A DNA stretch of 64,000 bases from Blastocystis sp. Blastoise (taxonomy: Eukaryota; Protista; Bigyra: Opalinata), in contig JBBPEB010000027.1 in assembly GCA_039096225.1 (NCBI GenBank), positions 186,001-250,000 on the forward strand. Reading direction: 5' to 3'. Positions 21,740 through 44,308 of this stretch are shown piece after piece. The translations under genes and the position numbers were made by a program. How positions within the stretch are numbered: position 1 is the first letter of the stretch; every line of letters starts with the position of its first letter. The notes below the pieces were generated by a model that made no database searches, had not been told where the DNA came from, and was given only the letters and a program-made list of their open reading frames with translations.

Positions 21740-22439
21740 TTCTTTAGAATTACCTATTTAAAACATAATGAAGTATAGAATAATGAAATTAAATGAATAT
21801 ATACTTTGCTTATTCTAACTATTCTTTGAAGGTTTTTCAACCATTTTTTGTTGTTGTTTTCTTTTCGCATTTTATCGATGGGATAAATAATCACAATTAT
21901 TTATGCTTTTATACAGAGATAAAATTTTGTTTTTCAACAATATTTTCTTCACTGTTCATTGAGGCACGTCTTTCTCGGCATTTTTATTAATAATCTGAAT
22001 TGATCTGATAATGTCTTATATTCTGTCATTGAAGAATACTCTCTATACAAGCATGTTTTTAAATATATTATTATTGATTGTTAATGAGATACCTCTTATA
22101 GAAGCAAGATCAGTCTCTGACATATTTTTGTTCACTAATGAATCGATAGATTATTATATTTTTAATATAGTATAGTAAAGTCATGCTTGATTAACTCTTA
22201 TCATATTATCATGAAATAAAGAAAACATATATGAATCTGAAATAGTAGTAAATTTTAAAAATTTCCCTTTTGATATGACAGTATATCACATATCTTTTAA
22301 ATATATATATATAAATGAAAATCCTATATGATAGAAAGCTTCAATAAAGACTAAAATTAAAAATTATGAAATAAAATAAATAAACAAATAAAAATGACTC
22401 AAAATAATACAGTTATATATAATCAAAATAATAAATAAT

Positions 22440-23365
22440 TTATATGAATTTAACAGCCGTCACTTGGCCATTTTCTACAATTAATTTTGCTTTTCCTGTT
22501 GTTTGAAGAATTTGTAAAGCCGAACAAAACATATTTGAATCCATTTCATAGAATTCTATAGAATTTATAGTTCATATACTATTTAATGAATTATTGAATA
22601 ATTATATAAATAAATAAATAATATAATATAATATAAAATAAATAAAATAATATAAAATAATATAAAATAATATAATATATATAAAATAAAATAACTAAAA
22701 TAAATATAATAAATACCTGCATCTCTGGTTCTATCTCCATTAAGTAACGACTCAACAGTCAGAATTGTGTCTAATAAGTAATTAGAACAAATCTAAAGAG
22801 GCAATTATATAAACAAAATATAACTAATACTTTGAATAAAAATAAGAGACAATATATGAACTAATAAATATAGAGATTATAACAACATTAAAAAATAATA
22901 AAAGTATAGCATAAGTAATAACAAAAAAAAAAATAATATACATATTGATAAATGATAATAGACCAGTCATCGGAAGTCTTTTTACTTATTACAAATGTGT
23001 TTTCATCTTTCCAATATCCATTCTCTATAGTGTTGAATCAAAATAAGATATACTAATAATTAGGATTTATACTTGTCGATTTTAAGTGATTTAAAACTGC
23101 TTTGATAGCTACAGGTTGTAATGTACCTACGAATAACAAATACAAATAGGAGTATGACATAACAAAACTTACGTTGGATCTTTTCATTAACAAACAAAGG
23201 AAAAGTATTAACATCAACGACTTGAGTTCCAGATTTTGAGCAATAATCGAGTGTAATACGTTCCCACATGTCGATTTGCTTCCTTCTTGTCTCCGAGACA
23301 GTCTGAAGTGTATAGAAAGGAGGAAAGTCATAAAATGGGTATTTAGATATATCAACAGCAGCCAT
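22440..23365 (-). CDS. VPS25: ESCRT-II subunit VPS25
   Basis: YDFPPFYTLQ...RRKQIDMW, PLFVNEKIQR and C-terminal GKAKLI...AVKF. Five exons, GT-AG. Confidence 0.93.
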
Positions 23366-23668
23366 AGAGATGTAACTAAATAAATAAAATAGAAAGAAAC
23401 TTATAAAAAACAAACTGTGTCTTTTTCTTTTTTCTGATTTTATTCAAAATCTGAACGAAAACTGATACAAAAATCACGGAAACTAGAAAACAAGAGAAAA
23501 AAAAAGTGAAATCTTGTCAAAAATAAAATGTTTCAATAACCGCGGAAAATGATGGATACACAGAGGGAGTTAAATAATAATAAAAATCTTTTTTTTATTT
23601 CTAAAACACTATAATCTACTCTAGATCATAGTTAGTTGATATAAAAATATATCTTGTTCTGTGAAGAA

Positions 23669-24294
23669 ATGGAAAGTTTATCTCAAGTTGATGACATTGT
23701 AGCAGAATACTTACTTTTTAGAGGATTCACTGATGTAAGTTGTGTTTTTTTCATGTTTTATTTATTATATAGACGTATAAATCATTTGAAAATGATCGGG
23801 CCAAAGATCAAACGAAAGACTTTAACGTTGATAAGATTGTAGACGTTTTATTTAAAGCAATTGCAGAGTATATATCTTTATTCTCTTCCTCTTATGTAAA
23901 TAAAGTTATTTTCTTGATCTATAAATTGATTTTCTATTTATTAAATATCATTAGTTATGATTACAAGTCATTATTATCTACATGGAAGTTTCTTGATTCG
24001 AGATTTTTTTCTTTTTTGGATATTGAATATTTACAAACTGTCTCTGGATTCTATTCATCATTAAGAAAATTATTTATGATTCATTGTTTAAAGAATGGAA
24101 AAAAGGAAAAATTGTATATATATTTATTTTTTCTGTTTATTTTATTTTCAATATATATATAGGTGTTAGAGTATTTAGCTCAATATACAGAGGACATGAT
24201 GAAAGAGAATGCCATGAATAATAGTAATAATAGTAATAATAATCAAGATAATTGGAGTCCTTGGTTTGCACTCCCTTTTATTAATAACCCTGAA

Positions 24295-24330
<36 letters not shown>

Positions 24331-25227
24331 TATATAAGGTATTCTATATATACTCTTTAGTGTTTAGTTTTATGTTTATATTATTTATTTTATTATATAT
24401 GTTATATGTTTTTAATTATTATTTATATTATATATTTTTTTATTATATATATTATATGTGTTTTGCTATTATTAATATTATATATTTTTTTATTATATAT
24501 GTTATATGTGTTTTGCTATTATTAATATTATATATTTTTTTATTATATATATTATTTATTTAATATATATATATAGAAAGATGAGTATTTTTCTGTATAT
24601 TACTCTAAATCTTGGTGCATAAATCTCCGTACATCGATAACGAACTTCTTTAGAACAATATTTCATAACTTACCTATGCCACGTTTATTGGCATTTAAAA
24701 TATCACACACGCAAACTAGTATACTAAATACTAAACTGGAAGTATATATATATATTAGTATTATTATTATTATTATTTCTATTTATTCTATTTTTTTTAT
24801 TTATTCTATTTATTCTATTTATTCTATTTAGTCTATTTAGTCTATTTATTCTATTAATTCTGTTAATTCTATTAATTATTATATAGGCGACAAATGCTGA
24901 ACTTTTGGACGCAAAAGAAGAATATCAACGACTTCAAGAAGATTACTTAGTATATATATATATTTATAATAATAATAATAATACTATTATAAAGTAAAAT
25001 ATATTTTTATTGACTAACTATCATCATATAGTTAGATATTTATATATATATATATATATATAGAATGTTGTGAAGGTGTTAAATAGCGTTAATGACGTCA
25101 TCCAACAACGTATCATAAACCCCCGTGACGCAGGTCAAACACTCACACAACCTGAAATAGTATTATCAAAGGAATTAAATGATATATTGAATTCACATCC
25201 CTCTTTAAAGTCCCTTGGAGAAGAATT

Positions 25228-25269
<42 letters not shown>

Positions 25270-26698
25270 GATATGCCAAAAGCTGATGAAGACGATCATA
25301 TTGATATGAATAACTATAGAGTTATTGAAGAGCCAGTAGATATTTCCGCTAGTGAAGAGCTTCAAGTGACGGAGAGGAACACAATTGCTACATATACTGA
25401 TGCAATTAAACGTTGTAAATGGTCGTTGGCGGGAAATTTGATTGCCGCAGGCGGGGAAGACGCAACGCTATATATATACTCTTATAATAATAATATTGTG
25501 TATATATCTATAATATTATTATATTATACTGTATATATTCTACTCTATTTGACGTTATAGATCTCCTTATTCCACGTGCTTTTCATCCAGTGATATTACT
25601 GCACTTACTTGGACTAAAAGTATATCTATATATATACATATATATATTTCCCTCGTATAGATGACGCGGTATTATATGGAAGTAGTGAGGGATGCATATA
25701 TTTATATGATCCTCTTAAAAAGAATCATCTTTATGAAATTGAAACAGAGTATATATATATATTTATATTTTAATACATATATATATATATGTATATAGTC
25801 TTCCTATTATTACGGATATTACCGCAAATCAGGATCTTTTTGCCGCGTCTTTTGCTTCTGATGGTACTTTGGAGGGAAGCACGTGCTTATCTCTCTATAG
25901 TGTTTCTCAAGGAAAAGTTTTAAGTACTATTGTTAATACTGCTGGTTATAGAATTAATTCTATTTCTTTAAATGAATCATGTAACCAAATAACCGCGGGA
26001 AACAGTGATGGATCTGTTCGTTTATATGATTGTAATAGCTCGTCAACCACACCTATTTTCACAGTTAAACCATTCCAAGGACAAGTATTATATATATATA
26101 TATCATTGAATATATCATTATATATATCATTATATATATCATTATATATCATTATATATATATATATATAGTGTACCGGTGTTACATACAAAGGAGATCG
26201 AACTCTATTTACCGCGGGAACTGATGGATTTATATATGAATATGATACATCCATGATGAATACTCCTGTTTGTATATATACTTCAAAGCCCGCCAACATT
26301 TCCCGCGTTCTTCATACTGATATTGTGATTGCATATCGTAATCCTATTCCTTCCAGTACAGGTGCTCCTCCCCCCATGTTCGTAACGGCTTCTAACGGCT
26401 ATGAGGGTATCAGTATTTATAAACAAGGAGTGAAATCTCATGTATATATATATATATATATGTTTATTTATATATTTTTTTTATTCATTTCATGAATAAT
26501 AATAATCATTATTAATAATAGTTCATATAATAAGAATATGATATATATATATATATATAGTTACAGACCTCTGTAAGCCTTGATAATTATTGTAGTTGCG
26601 TCGATATTCATCCTTCTCTTCCTATTTATATAACTGTGAATACCGACCATCAACTGGAACTATTCAAAACATCCTCTCTCTCCTCTGCTGTTTTCTAA
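23669..26698 (+). CDS. WDR91: WD repeat protein 91 (endosomal)
   Basis: VDDIVAEYLLFRGFT, DFNVDKIVD, WKFLDSRFFS, WFALPFI, then WD40 repeats. One junction is non-canonical (24112-24162). Confidence 0.9.
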
Positions 26699-27064
26699 AT
26701 ATATATGTACATATATATATATAGAATCAGTTATTATTTTTCTTTTCTTATTTCTTTTTTAACATTGTTTTATATATGTATAATGTATATAACTATTGTA
26801 TACAACTAATTCAATTATCTTGTAAATCTATATTTTTTTAAATTTTAACTGAATAATATTTAAACTAGTTCAAGAACCAAACAACAATATTAAACAAAAA
26901 AAATTAACATAAAATCTACATAAAAACAAAGATATATTAAAAAATAAATATATAATAAATAAATATAAAAATGAAAAAAATTAAGCACGAAATAATAAGA
27001 AGATCATGAAACGAAACAAAAAAAATAACACAATAAATAATAAATAAATTACTATAAATTAGTT

Positions 27065-32615
<5,551 letters not shown>

Positions 32616-32816
32616 TGTTAAACTCTAAAGAAATGAATTGAAAGAATTTAAGTAGAATAACAAAAAATGTCTTCTGAAAGGGTGGACCATAAACAAAAAA
32701 ATATCATTAATTATATGTGGTGCTCCAGTATTTTCACATCAATTCCCACGGGTATCGCATCATGGAGCCTTTATTGTTTAACTCATTTTGATTGTTGTTT
32801 ATATATCTCACACATC

Positions 32817-33219
32817 ATGCCTGTAAAAGTATTTGTATTCTGTTTCTTATATATTATTGGATTAGATTCGTCTTGCTAGACTTGGAAGAAAAGGAATTCC
32901 CTTTTATCATATCCGTGTAGCAAATGCTCGAGGTCCTCGTGATGGAAAATTCATCGAAGATTTAGGATTCTATAATCCTATTCCTAATAAGGTTGATGGA
33001 ATAAAGGAAATCAAATTGAATGTTGATAGAACTAAATATTGGTTATCAGTTGGTGCTCAACCTACTGAACCCATTTTAAAGTTGTTTAGCAGAGTTGGTT
33101 TAATTCCTGAATATCCTCAAAGACCTTATATGCAATCCGCAAAACCTAAAAAACAACAAGAAAACAAAGAAGAATCAGAACCGAAGAAAACAGAAGGTGA
33201 TAAGACTTTGAAAGAATAA
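32817..33219 (+). CDS. MRPS16: Mitochondrial ribosomal protein S16
   Basis: MPVK/IRLARLGRKGIPFYHIRVANARGPRDGKFIEDLGFYNP and YWLSVGAQPT. One intron. Confidence 0.93.
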
Positions 33220-33927
33220 TCATATTTTTTTTAATATAAATATATATATATAGAATATTCTCAAGTTATTTATATAATTTATTATTAGATATTTATGTAT
33301 ATTTCAAACTTTTTCTTCTTTTTTATTTATTTGCTAACTATATATATATATATATTTATATTTATTTGTAGTCTCAGAACGGACTTCTTTTGTTTCGCAA
33401 TCTTTATATACTATTCTTTTCTATTTATAATAATTATAATATTAATTTTTTTATTGGGTATTTAATTCATAAAAATTTGAAATCATGTATGTTTTTTTGT
33501 TATTGTTTTTGTATTCTATTATTACAGAATTGTATACTTGTTTGTATAAGGAGCTATTGAAAATCTAATACATATATATATTATAACTTGTTTTCACTAT
33601 ATATTTTATTGAGCTTTTGTCAGCATATATAGGATTAATAGACAGTGAATAGTTGACTAAATAACTGAATAATAAATATGTTTATATTTATAGTAATAAA
33701 ATGATTCCATCTAAATAGTAACAAAACACAAAAAATAAATATATATAAACATACATATAGAATGAAACACTATACAAGAGCAAATTAAATAGCAATAGAG
33801 ATAGAAAACCTAACGAGTATATAATATTATAATAAATATATCGTATATAATTTGAAAAAAAAAATCAATATATAATTAGAAATAGTATTTAGAATACATA
33901 TAATAATATTTTATATCTGAATATGTC

Positions 33928-34647
33928 TTAATATGCATTAGATTCCATTTCAGTCGGGTTTTCTACTTCATGAGATAGGGATATAAATGAAGCATATAGC
34001 TGAGGGGTAATTTGATTTAATAATCCTTCATTTCCTGTCTATATATATATAGAAGAATATTATTTTATATATATATATAATAGAATAGAGAATATTATTA
34101 TTATATATATATATAATAGAATAGAGAATAGTATTATATATTACATTACATATATATATAGTGTAAACTATAAAAAATGGACAACTATGATATATATATA
34201 TATAAAATATACCCTTGCTACTACTGTTACTACAAGAAAACGTTCATATATTAATAAGTATGTATATTTTCTATGAACAGAAATAAAACTTTTTAATTCC
34301 CCAATACTAATATGTGAAGCCTAAAATGAATTGAAAGAAATAGATTATAATATATAGTATGATTCTATAATAATTATTTAAATATAATAATAAATATGAT
34401 AAATATAATAATAAATAAAAATATAATCAAAAATAATATAATACATACATATTCGGATGCTACAGAAAAACAGATAGGATAATCTGATTCGTTTGATTGT
34501 AAATCAATTGTAGATTCTGGAGAAATTACTTTAACTATAGGCACTCCATCAGCTGTAGCTGCGAAAATACCTTCAATAAACGGATATCTATAATTGAGTT
34601 ATTAATTTAAAAAATAGTATAGTTTCAAGCAAATACCTTGACATCAT
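33928..34647 (-). CDS. LAMTOR3: Ragulator subunit LAMTOR3/MP1 (start uncertain, may lie upstream)
   Basis: IEGIFAATADGVPIVKV, FSVASEYASHISIGELKSFI and FLVVTVVARTGNEGLL match the MP1 roadblock fold. Confidence 0.72.
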
Positions 34648-34992
34648 TTGTCTTAACGGCGTTTCTATATTTGTATTCTATATAAATATATATTATTTAG
34701 ACTAAAAACACAAATGTAAAATGAGATTTTTTAATGAAATCTTTTCAAAATTTTGTCATTCATTTCATATAATCAGAATATACATGTTCCAACTCGTAGT
34801 TATCTGACATTATGAATAGCAATTACAATAAACTAGATATAAAAAAAATACATGAAAATCCAGTTTACAAAAGTAAAAAATCATGATTGTTTTGTTATAT
34901 TCCCTTGATTTCTCGTTTATTCTCGTGAATTTAAGAAACACTACTTCATTTCCATTACTTTTCAATTATTTTATTTATTTGGTATCATCAAC

Positions 34993-36159
34993 ATGTCTTT
35001 TAACGGTATGTGAATTTCATTATCTTAATCTGATTTCTCTATGTCTAATTAAGACTTATTCTTATTTTTATTTAGCACACGCTGCTGAATGGATTCCTCC
35101 GTGGATGAAAGCATCCGCTCCTGCTGCTGCTCCTGCTCCTGTAGCTGCTCCTGCTCCTGCTCCTGTTGCCACTCCTGCACCTGAACCCACTCCTGTAGCT
35201 CCTGTAGCTCCTGTTGTTGAAGTTGCTAAAGAACCTGTTGCTAGTCCTAAACCTAAGACTGAAGCTATTGATGCTGCTTTAAACGCTGTTCCTGAAGCTC
35301 CTTCTGCTAGTCCCGTAACTCCTAAAGATGATGCTACTCTTCTTGATGTTAATACTCCTGATGAAGAAGAAACTCCTGATGAACCTGTCATTGTATTTTA
35401 ATATAATTATTTTTCATTATATAAGTAAATATTTTTTTAATTACTCTTTATTATTCTATATAGAAACGTAGTTTTACTGAAAAGGAAATTATGGAATCTG
35501 AAGATCCCCGTGAAAATGTGAATATTGTATTTGTAGGTCACGTTGATGCTGGTAAATCTACAACTTGTGGTAATATATTATATATAACTGGACAAGTAGA
35601 TAAACGTCAAATTGAGAAATATGAAAGAGAAGCAAAGAGTAAAAATCGTGAATCTTGGTTCTTAGCTTATATTATGGATACCAATGAAGAAGAAAGAAAT
35701 AAGGTATATATATTTATTATATTTATTATTATATTTATTATATTTATTATTATATTTATTATAGTGTTCTATTATTATTCTATTTATTATTATTCTATTT
35801 ATTATAGTGTTCTATTTATTATATAATATATATATATATATATAATTTCTCCTTCTTCTTCTGTCTATAGGGTAAGACAGTCGAAGTAGGTCGTGCTTAT
35901 TTAGAGAGTGCCACTCGTCGTTTCACTATATTAGATGCTCCAGGTCATAAGAATTATGTTCCTAATATGATTGCGGGGGCTGCTCAAGCTGATGCGGCTG
36001 TCCTTGTATGTATTATTATATATATTTATTATGTTTATTGTGTTTATATTTACTATTATTATATTTATTATATTTATTTTTATAGATAGTATTTTGTGAT
36101 TTTTTTTTTTATTTTTTTTTCTTCTTATTATTTATTTCTATAAAGTTCTGTTATATTGA

Positions 36160-36190
<31 letters not shown>

Positions 36191-36276
36191 AGGTTATTTC
36201 TGCTCGTAAGGGTGAATTTGAAGCTGGTTTCGATAGATCCGGTCAAACAAGAGAACATATTGTTCTTATTAAAACG

Positions 36277-36313
<37 letters not shown>

Positions 36314-36960
36314 TTATTATTATAATTATTATTATTAATATAGATTAGGTGTACGTAAGGTGATAGTAGTAGTCAATAAGATGGATGATCCTAGTGTGAA
36401 ATGGGCTGAAAAGAGATATAAAGAGGTTCAGGACCGTTTGAATCCCTTCTTAAAGAATAATGGATTTAATATTGATAGAGATATTACTTATTTACCTATT
36501 TCTGGTCTCTTAGGATATAATCTTAAGGATTTGGTTCCTGCTGATGTATGTTCTTGGTATAAGGGTAAAGCCTTATTAGATCTCTTTGACTCTATTCCTA
36601 TTATGAATAGAGATCCCAAGGGACCTCTTCGTCTTCCTATTCTCGAGAAATATATGGATCGTGGCGTTACTATTACTGGTAAAGTAGAATCAGGAAGACT
36701 CGTATATATAGTCATTATTATTATTATTATTATTATTATGTTTATTATGTTTATTATGTTTATTATGTTTATTATTATTATTTATATCCTATATATATAT
36801 ATATATAGGTAGTTGGTGATGAAGTCCGTATTATGCCTAATAGTAGAAGTGCTGAAATCTTATCTATTACTATTAATGAAAAAGAAGTGATTTCTGCCCG
36901 TTGTGGAGAAAATGTAAATGTTAAAGTCAGAGGCATCAGTGAATCAAATCTTTATCAAGG

Positions 36961-37016
<56 letters not shown>

Positions 37017-37053
37017 TATTTGTTATTATATATGAATTTTTTTTAATTTTTTA

Positions 37054-37108
<55 letters not shown>

Positions 37109-37532
37109 GTGATATTATTTGTCATGAAGATACTAAATTACCTGCTGTTAAGGAATTTGAAGCTCAGTTAATATTACTCGATCTCCTCGATGCTCGTCCC
37201 ATCTTCTGTGCTGGATACACTGCCGTTTTACATATTCATACAGCTGTTGAAGAAGTACAAATTACCGCGGTTATTGGAGAACTCGATAAAGCTACTAAGA
37301 AACTGAAGAAAGTTCCGTATATATATATATTATTATTATTATATATATATACTATTATATATACTATTATATATACTATTATATATACTATTATATATGT
37401 TTATATAGTTTTGTTCGTTCTAATGCTGTATGTAAGTGTCGTTTCCTTCTAACTCGTCCTCTCTGTATTGAAACTTATGATATCATGCCTCAATTAGGTA
37501 GATTCTGTCTTAGAGATGAAGGTATATATATA

Positions 37533-37567
<35 letters not shown>

Positions 37568-37612
37568 GGTAAGACTATTGGTATTGGTAAGATTACTAAG
37601 ATTATCAACTAA
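34993..37612 (+). CDS. SUP35: Eukaryotic release factor 3 GTPase (eRF3/Sup35/GSPT)
   Basis: Ten exons, all [74 protein letters not shown]-terminal PAM2-like [10 protein letters not shown]. Confidence 0.96.
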
Positions 37613-37881
37613 AACGTGTTATTTCTTTTGTAAAACAATATAATATCTTATTACATTCATATTTCTCCATAGATTTCATTATTGTTTTCTTTTTACTTTT
37701 ATTGTTCTTCTATATATATAATTTAAATCATTGTTTTGTATATTAAAAGACTTTGTATACAGTTATCTAAGCAATCTATTTATGTATCTTCACTCAAAAT
37801 GATTTTATCTATAATGTTATACGAAAAAAAAAATTTCATTAAAAAAATCAAATTTCAATTAAAAAACACTAGTCATTTTCC

Positions 37882-37912
37882 AAAAACCCGTGAAATTTTT
37901 TCACGGGTTTTT
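37882..37912. promoter_or_regulatory. 14-bp perfect inverted repeat upstream of TFIIH p62
   Basis: AAAAACCCGTGAAA-TTT-TTTCACGGGTTTTT, 76 nt before the ATG at 37989. Confidence 0.55.
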
Positions 37913-37988
37913 TGTAAGTCTCTAAAAAAAACACTTCATAATCCTAAATAACACCTATTTTTATATTTCTTTCTATTTTGCATTATTA

Positions 37989-41076
<3,088 letters not shown>

Positions 41077-41421
41077 TCTATGCTATATTTTATATATTTA
41101 TATACTATATACGATATATGAATGTGTTTTATCATTAATAAAAAGTGATACCATGATTTCTTTTGTTTTGTTCCAAATTATATATATATTAATTTAATCA
41201 ATGTTTATATATATATAATAATTATTACCCTATTTTCATGATATATACAGCATAAAACTATTTCACATAAAATAAATATCATTTATGTTACTATATATAT
41301 TTTAAAACATTTTAAATACATGTATTCTTATGTATAATAATAGAATATAAAACTATAAATATGAGTTATAAACTAAAAATCAAATACACATAACAAAAAC
41401 ATGTTTTCTACACAAATATTT

Positions 41422-42178
41422 TTATTTTTTTGTTTTCGGTTCTGATTGTGATTTCTTAACCACGGGTTTCACATATACTCCCATTGTATTTAATATATTT
41501 CCCGCGGGACCACTGACTTCTCCTTGAGCATCAATAGATGCCAACATGTTAGAAACAACTTTATAATCATCATCTTCATCCCCACGGGAATCTTCAGGAT
41601 TCTTCTTTTCTTTTTGTTTTAATTCTTCATCCATTTGTGTCATATATTCCTCAAATTCTATATATATAGTTGTATAATAGTTATATATATATAATATTAT
41701 ATATAATAATATATATAATAATATATATAATAATAATATATATATATACCTTCATCATTATCTTCTTGTGATGGTATAAAACTGGATTGAACACCTATAT
41801 ATGTATAATTATATATATATATGTATATTTATTATTTATATATATATAATAAAATACACAATTATATATATATATAATAATATGAAATATTATTAATATG
41901 TATATACCCTTAATAATATTCATAACTTTATTCATATCGACGCATAGATCGTCATCGCTTTCACTTGATGAGTCATCATCTGTGTCACTCTCTGAATTAT
42001 CTTGTGGAATAGTATTCTCTTTAACACGTGATTGAGGAATCTCTGCACCCTTTAAATATTTACATAATTATGTATATACATAGTATATATATACTATGTT
42101 TTAAATAAATATATATATACTTCGAATTCAGATTCTTTATTTAAAAATGTTTTTACAGAATGTAATATAGTATCAGCA

Positions 42179-42220
<42 letters not shown>

Positions 42221-44123
42221 CAGGTTTCATTTCCTCTTCTTCTTCCTCTTCTTCTTCATGTCCTATATATATCAATATATATATTTATATTATATATATA
42301 TACTTAAGATTTCCTGAATATCTTCTTGAGTAAGATTTCCCCCGTGGGAATTTAACATTTCTTCAAAATCAGTTTCATTAATCTAGATTACAATAAATTT
42401 CTTATTTATGTTTATATACATACTTCTGTCCAAGATAAATCTTCAATATAATCGTGGGAAATAGTTGATTCTTCATAGGAGGAAGTCTGAATGTTGCTTA
42501 AATTTGATTTCAGATCCAGAAATAGAGATGCTGCTGGAATATGTATATACTATATATACATAATATATAGAATACATATTAGATTATATATACATTATTT
42601 ATATAGTCATATATATATTGGTTTTGATTCTCATTATTTATGATAATATTGTTACTATTTAATTGATTCAAATATTTTTTATATTGTTTAAAGGACTCAT
42701 TCTGTGAGATTTTTTGTTGGCTAGTATTCCCGTGGGGATTATCGGTTTCCTCTTGATCTTTAGTATATTGATTCATAAATAGTTCGAATCCAATGGCTAA
42801 TTTCTGACCAATATCTATACGTCTCTCTGTATCTTCGTTCTCCGTAAAATGGTGGATAACACTATTGATCAGATCATGTGCTCTTTTGGGGGTTTGATAA
42901 CGGCTTGTTAACAGCTCTACGAAGTAATATTTTGGTATAGAATGTTTTGTCTATATATAGTATAATAATATTACAACATATAATAATACTATAATATATA
43001 TATTAATATAATATACTAATTGGCAATGCTCAAAACCGTGGGAATAAGTATATTTTTCTGCTTCTTTCGTTTCTCCCGCAGTTCTCGTTAAAAATGACTT
43101 ACAACAATAGCAAATTAACCGCGGGAATTTAGAGAATAATACGGATAGAGGATACGGAATAATCATTGTAGCTATATATATATATATATATATACATATA
43201 ATATAAAATATATATATATATATAATATACTAAAAAATATATATATAATTAGCTTTATATATATATTATACTATATATAATAAATATATAAAATAAGATA
43301 TATAAAAATATACCATTATGAATATTATAATCATGTTGAGTAAATCCTTGAATACGATTATTAATACATTTATTGATTTCAGAATTATTCACGGGAATTT
43401 CAAGTGGAGATGTGATGATTTGAAGTGACTATTCAATAGAGTTATTATGATAAAATATAAAAGATTCAGGATAGCTTTGATTATATTTTATATATCATAT
43501 TTTTAATAAAATATATCTATATATATATACTTCTTGAATAGTGAGTGTACTAGGAATACTAAATGAAGACTTTGAATTTGTTTGAGGTATATAAAGATAA
43601 TCACCTTTAAAGAAAAAACATCTGTTTTTGGATGTGTCAGGAGTAAGCCATTCAGGAATATATTGACTAGCTTCAATTAAAATAAAATTACCATCGATAT
43701 CTTCAATTGTACCGATAAGATAAGGAAATTCTTTTGTTATAGATTTCATAAGAAATACACAAAACCACTCATCGTCTATGCTCTCATCAAATGTAATTTC
43801 TGCATATAAGAAAGGATTTTTAAGATCTGAATTTTCATTATTACGAATAGGGTTCTTAAAGGTATCCAAACAGATAAAATGAAGATCTTCATAAAACCAT
43901 AAATAGTCCTTTGATAAATCACGAATATATTCATTAACAAGACATTTGATAGCTTTAAGTTTGAGTTGTTTTTCACTTAACTCTTTGCACTACAAGACAA
44001 TGATGATAATCTTTGGTGTGAATATACATCTAAGAATATATCATTGGCTATAAATAAGTATAACTTAGCCACACCTTCATCATGGACTTCACGAAATATA
44101 GTTTTATAATCAATCAACGACAT
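41422..44123 (-). CDS. ECD: Ecdysoneless / SGT1-family protein
   Basis: FDESIDDEWF, DIDGNFILIEASQYIPEWLTP...NRCF, SEFEGAE, and C-terminal NMLASIDAQGEVSGPAGNIL. Confidence 0.9.
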
Positions 44124-44308
44124 TCTCAATTAATTTATTTTTTTGTGCAAAATTTCAAATATAAATTTTAAAAATAGTTTTATTTTTATTATTATAATAA
44201 TGGTTTATAGAGTTGTGTGTATATTTTCTCAAAAAAAAAAAAAAAAATCATATAACAAAACAAATTTTTTTAATAATTTCCAAAATGTCTCTATTACAGG
44301 AAAAAAGT

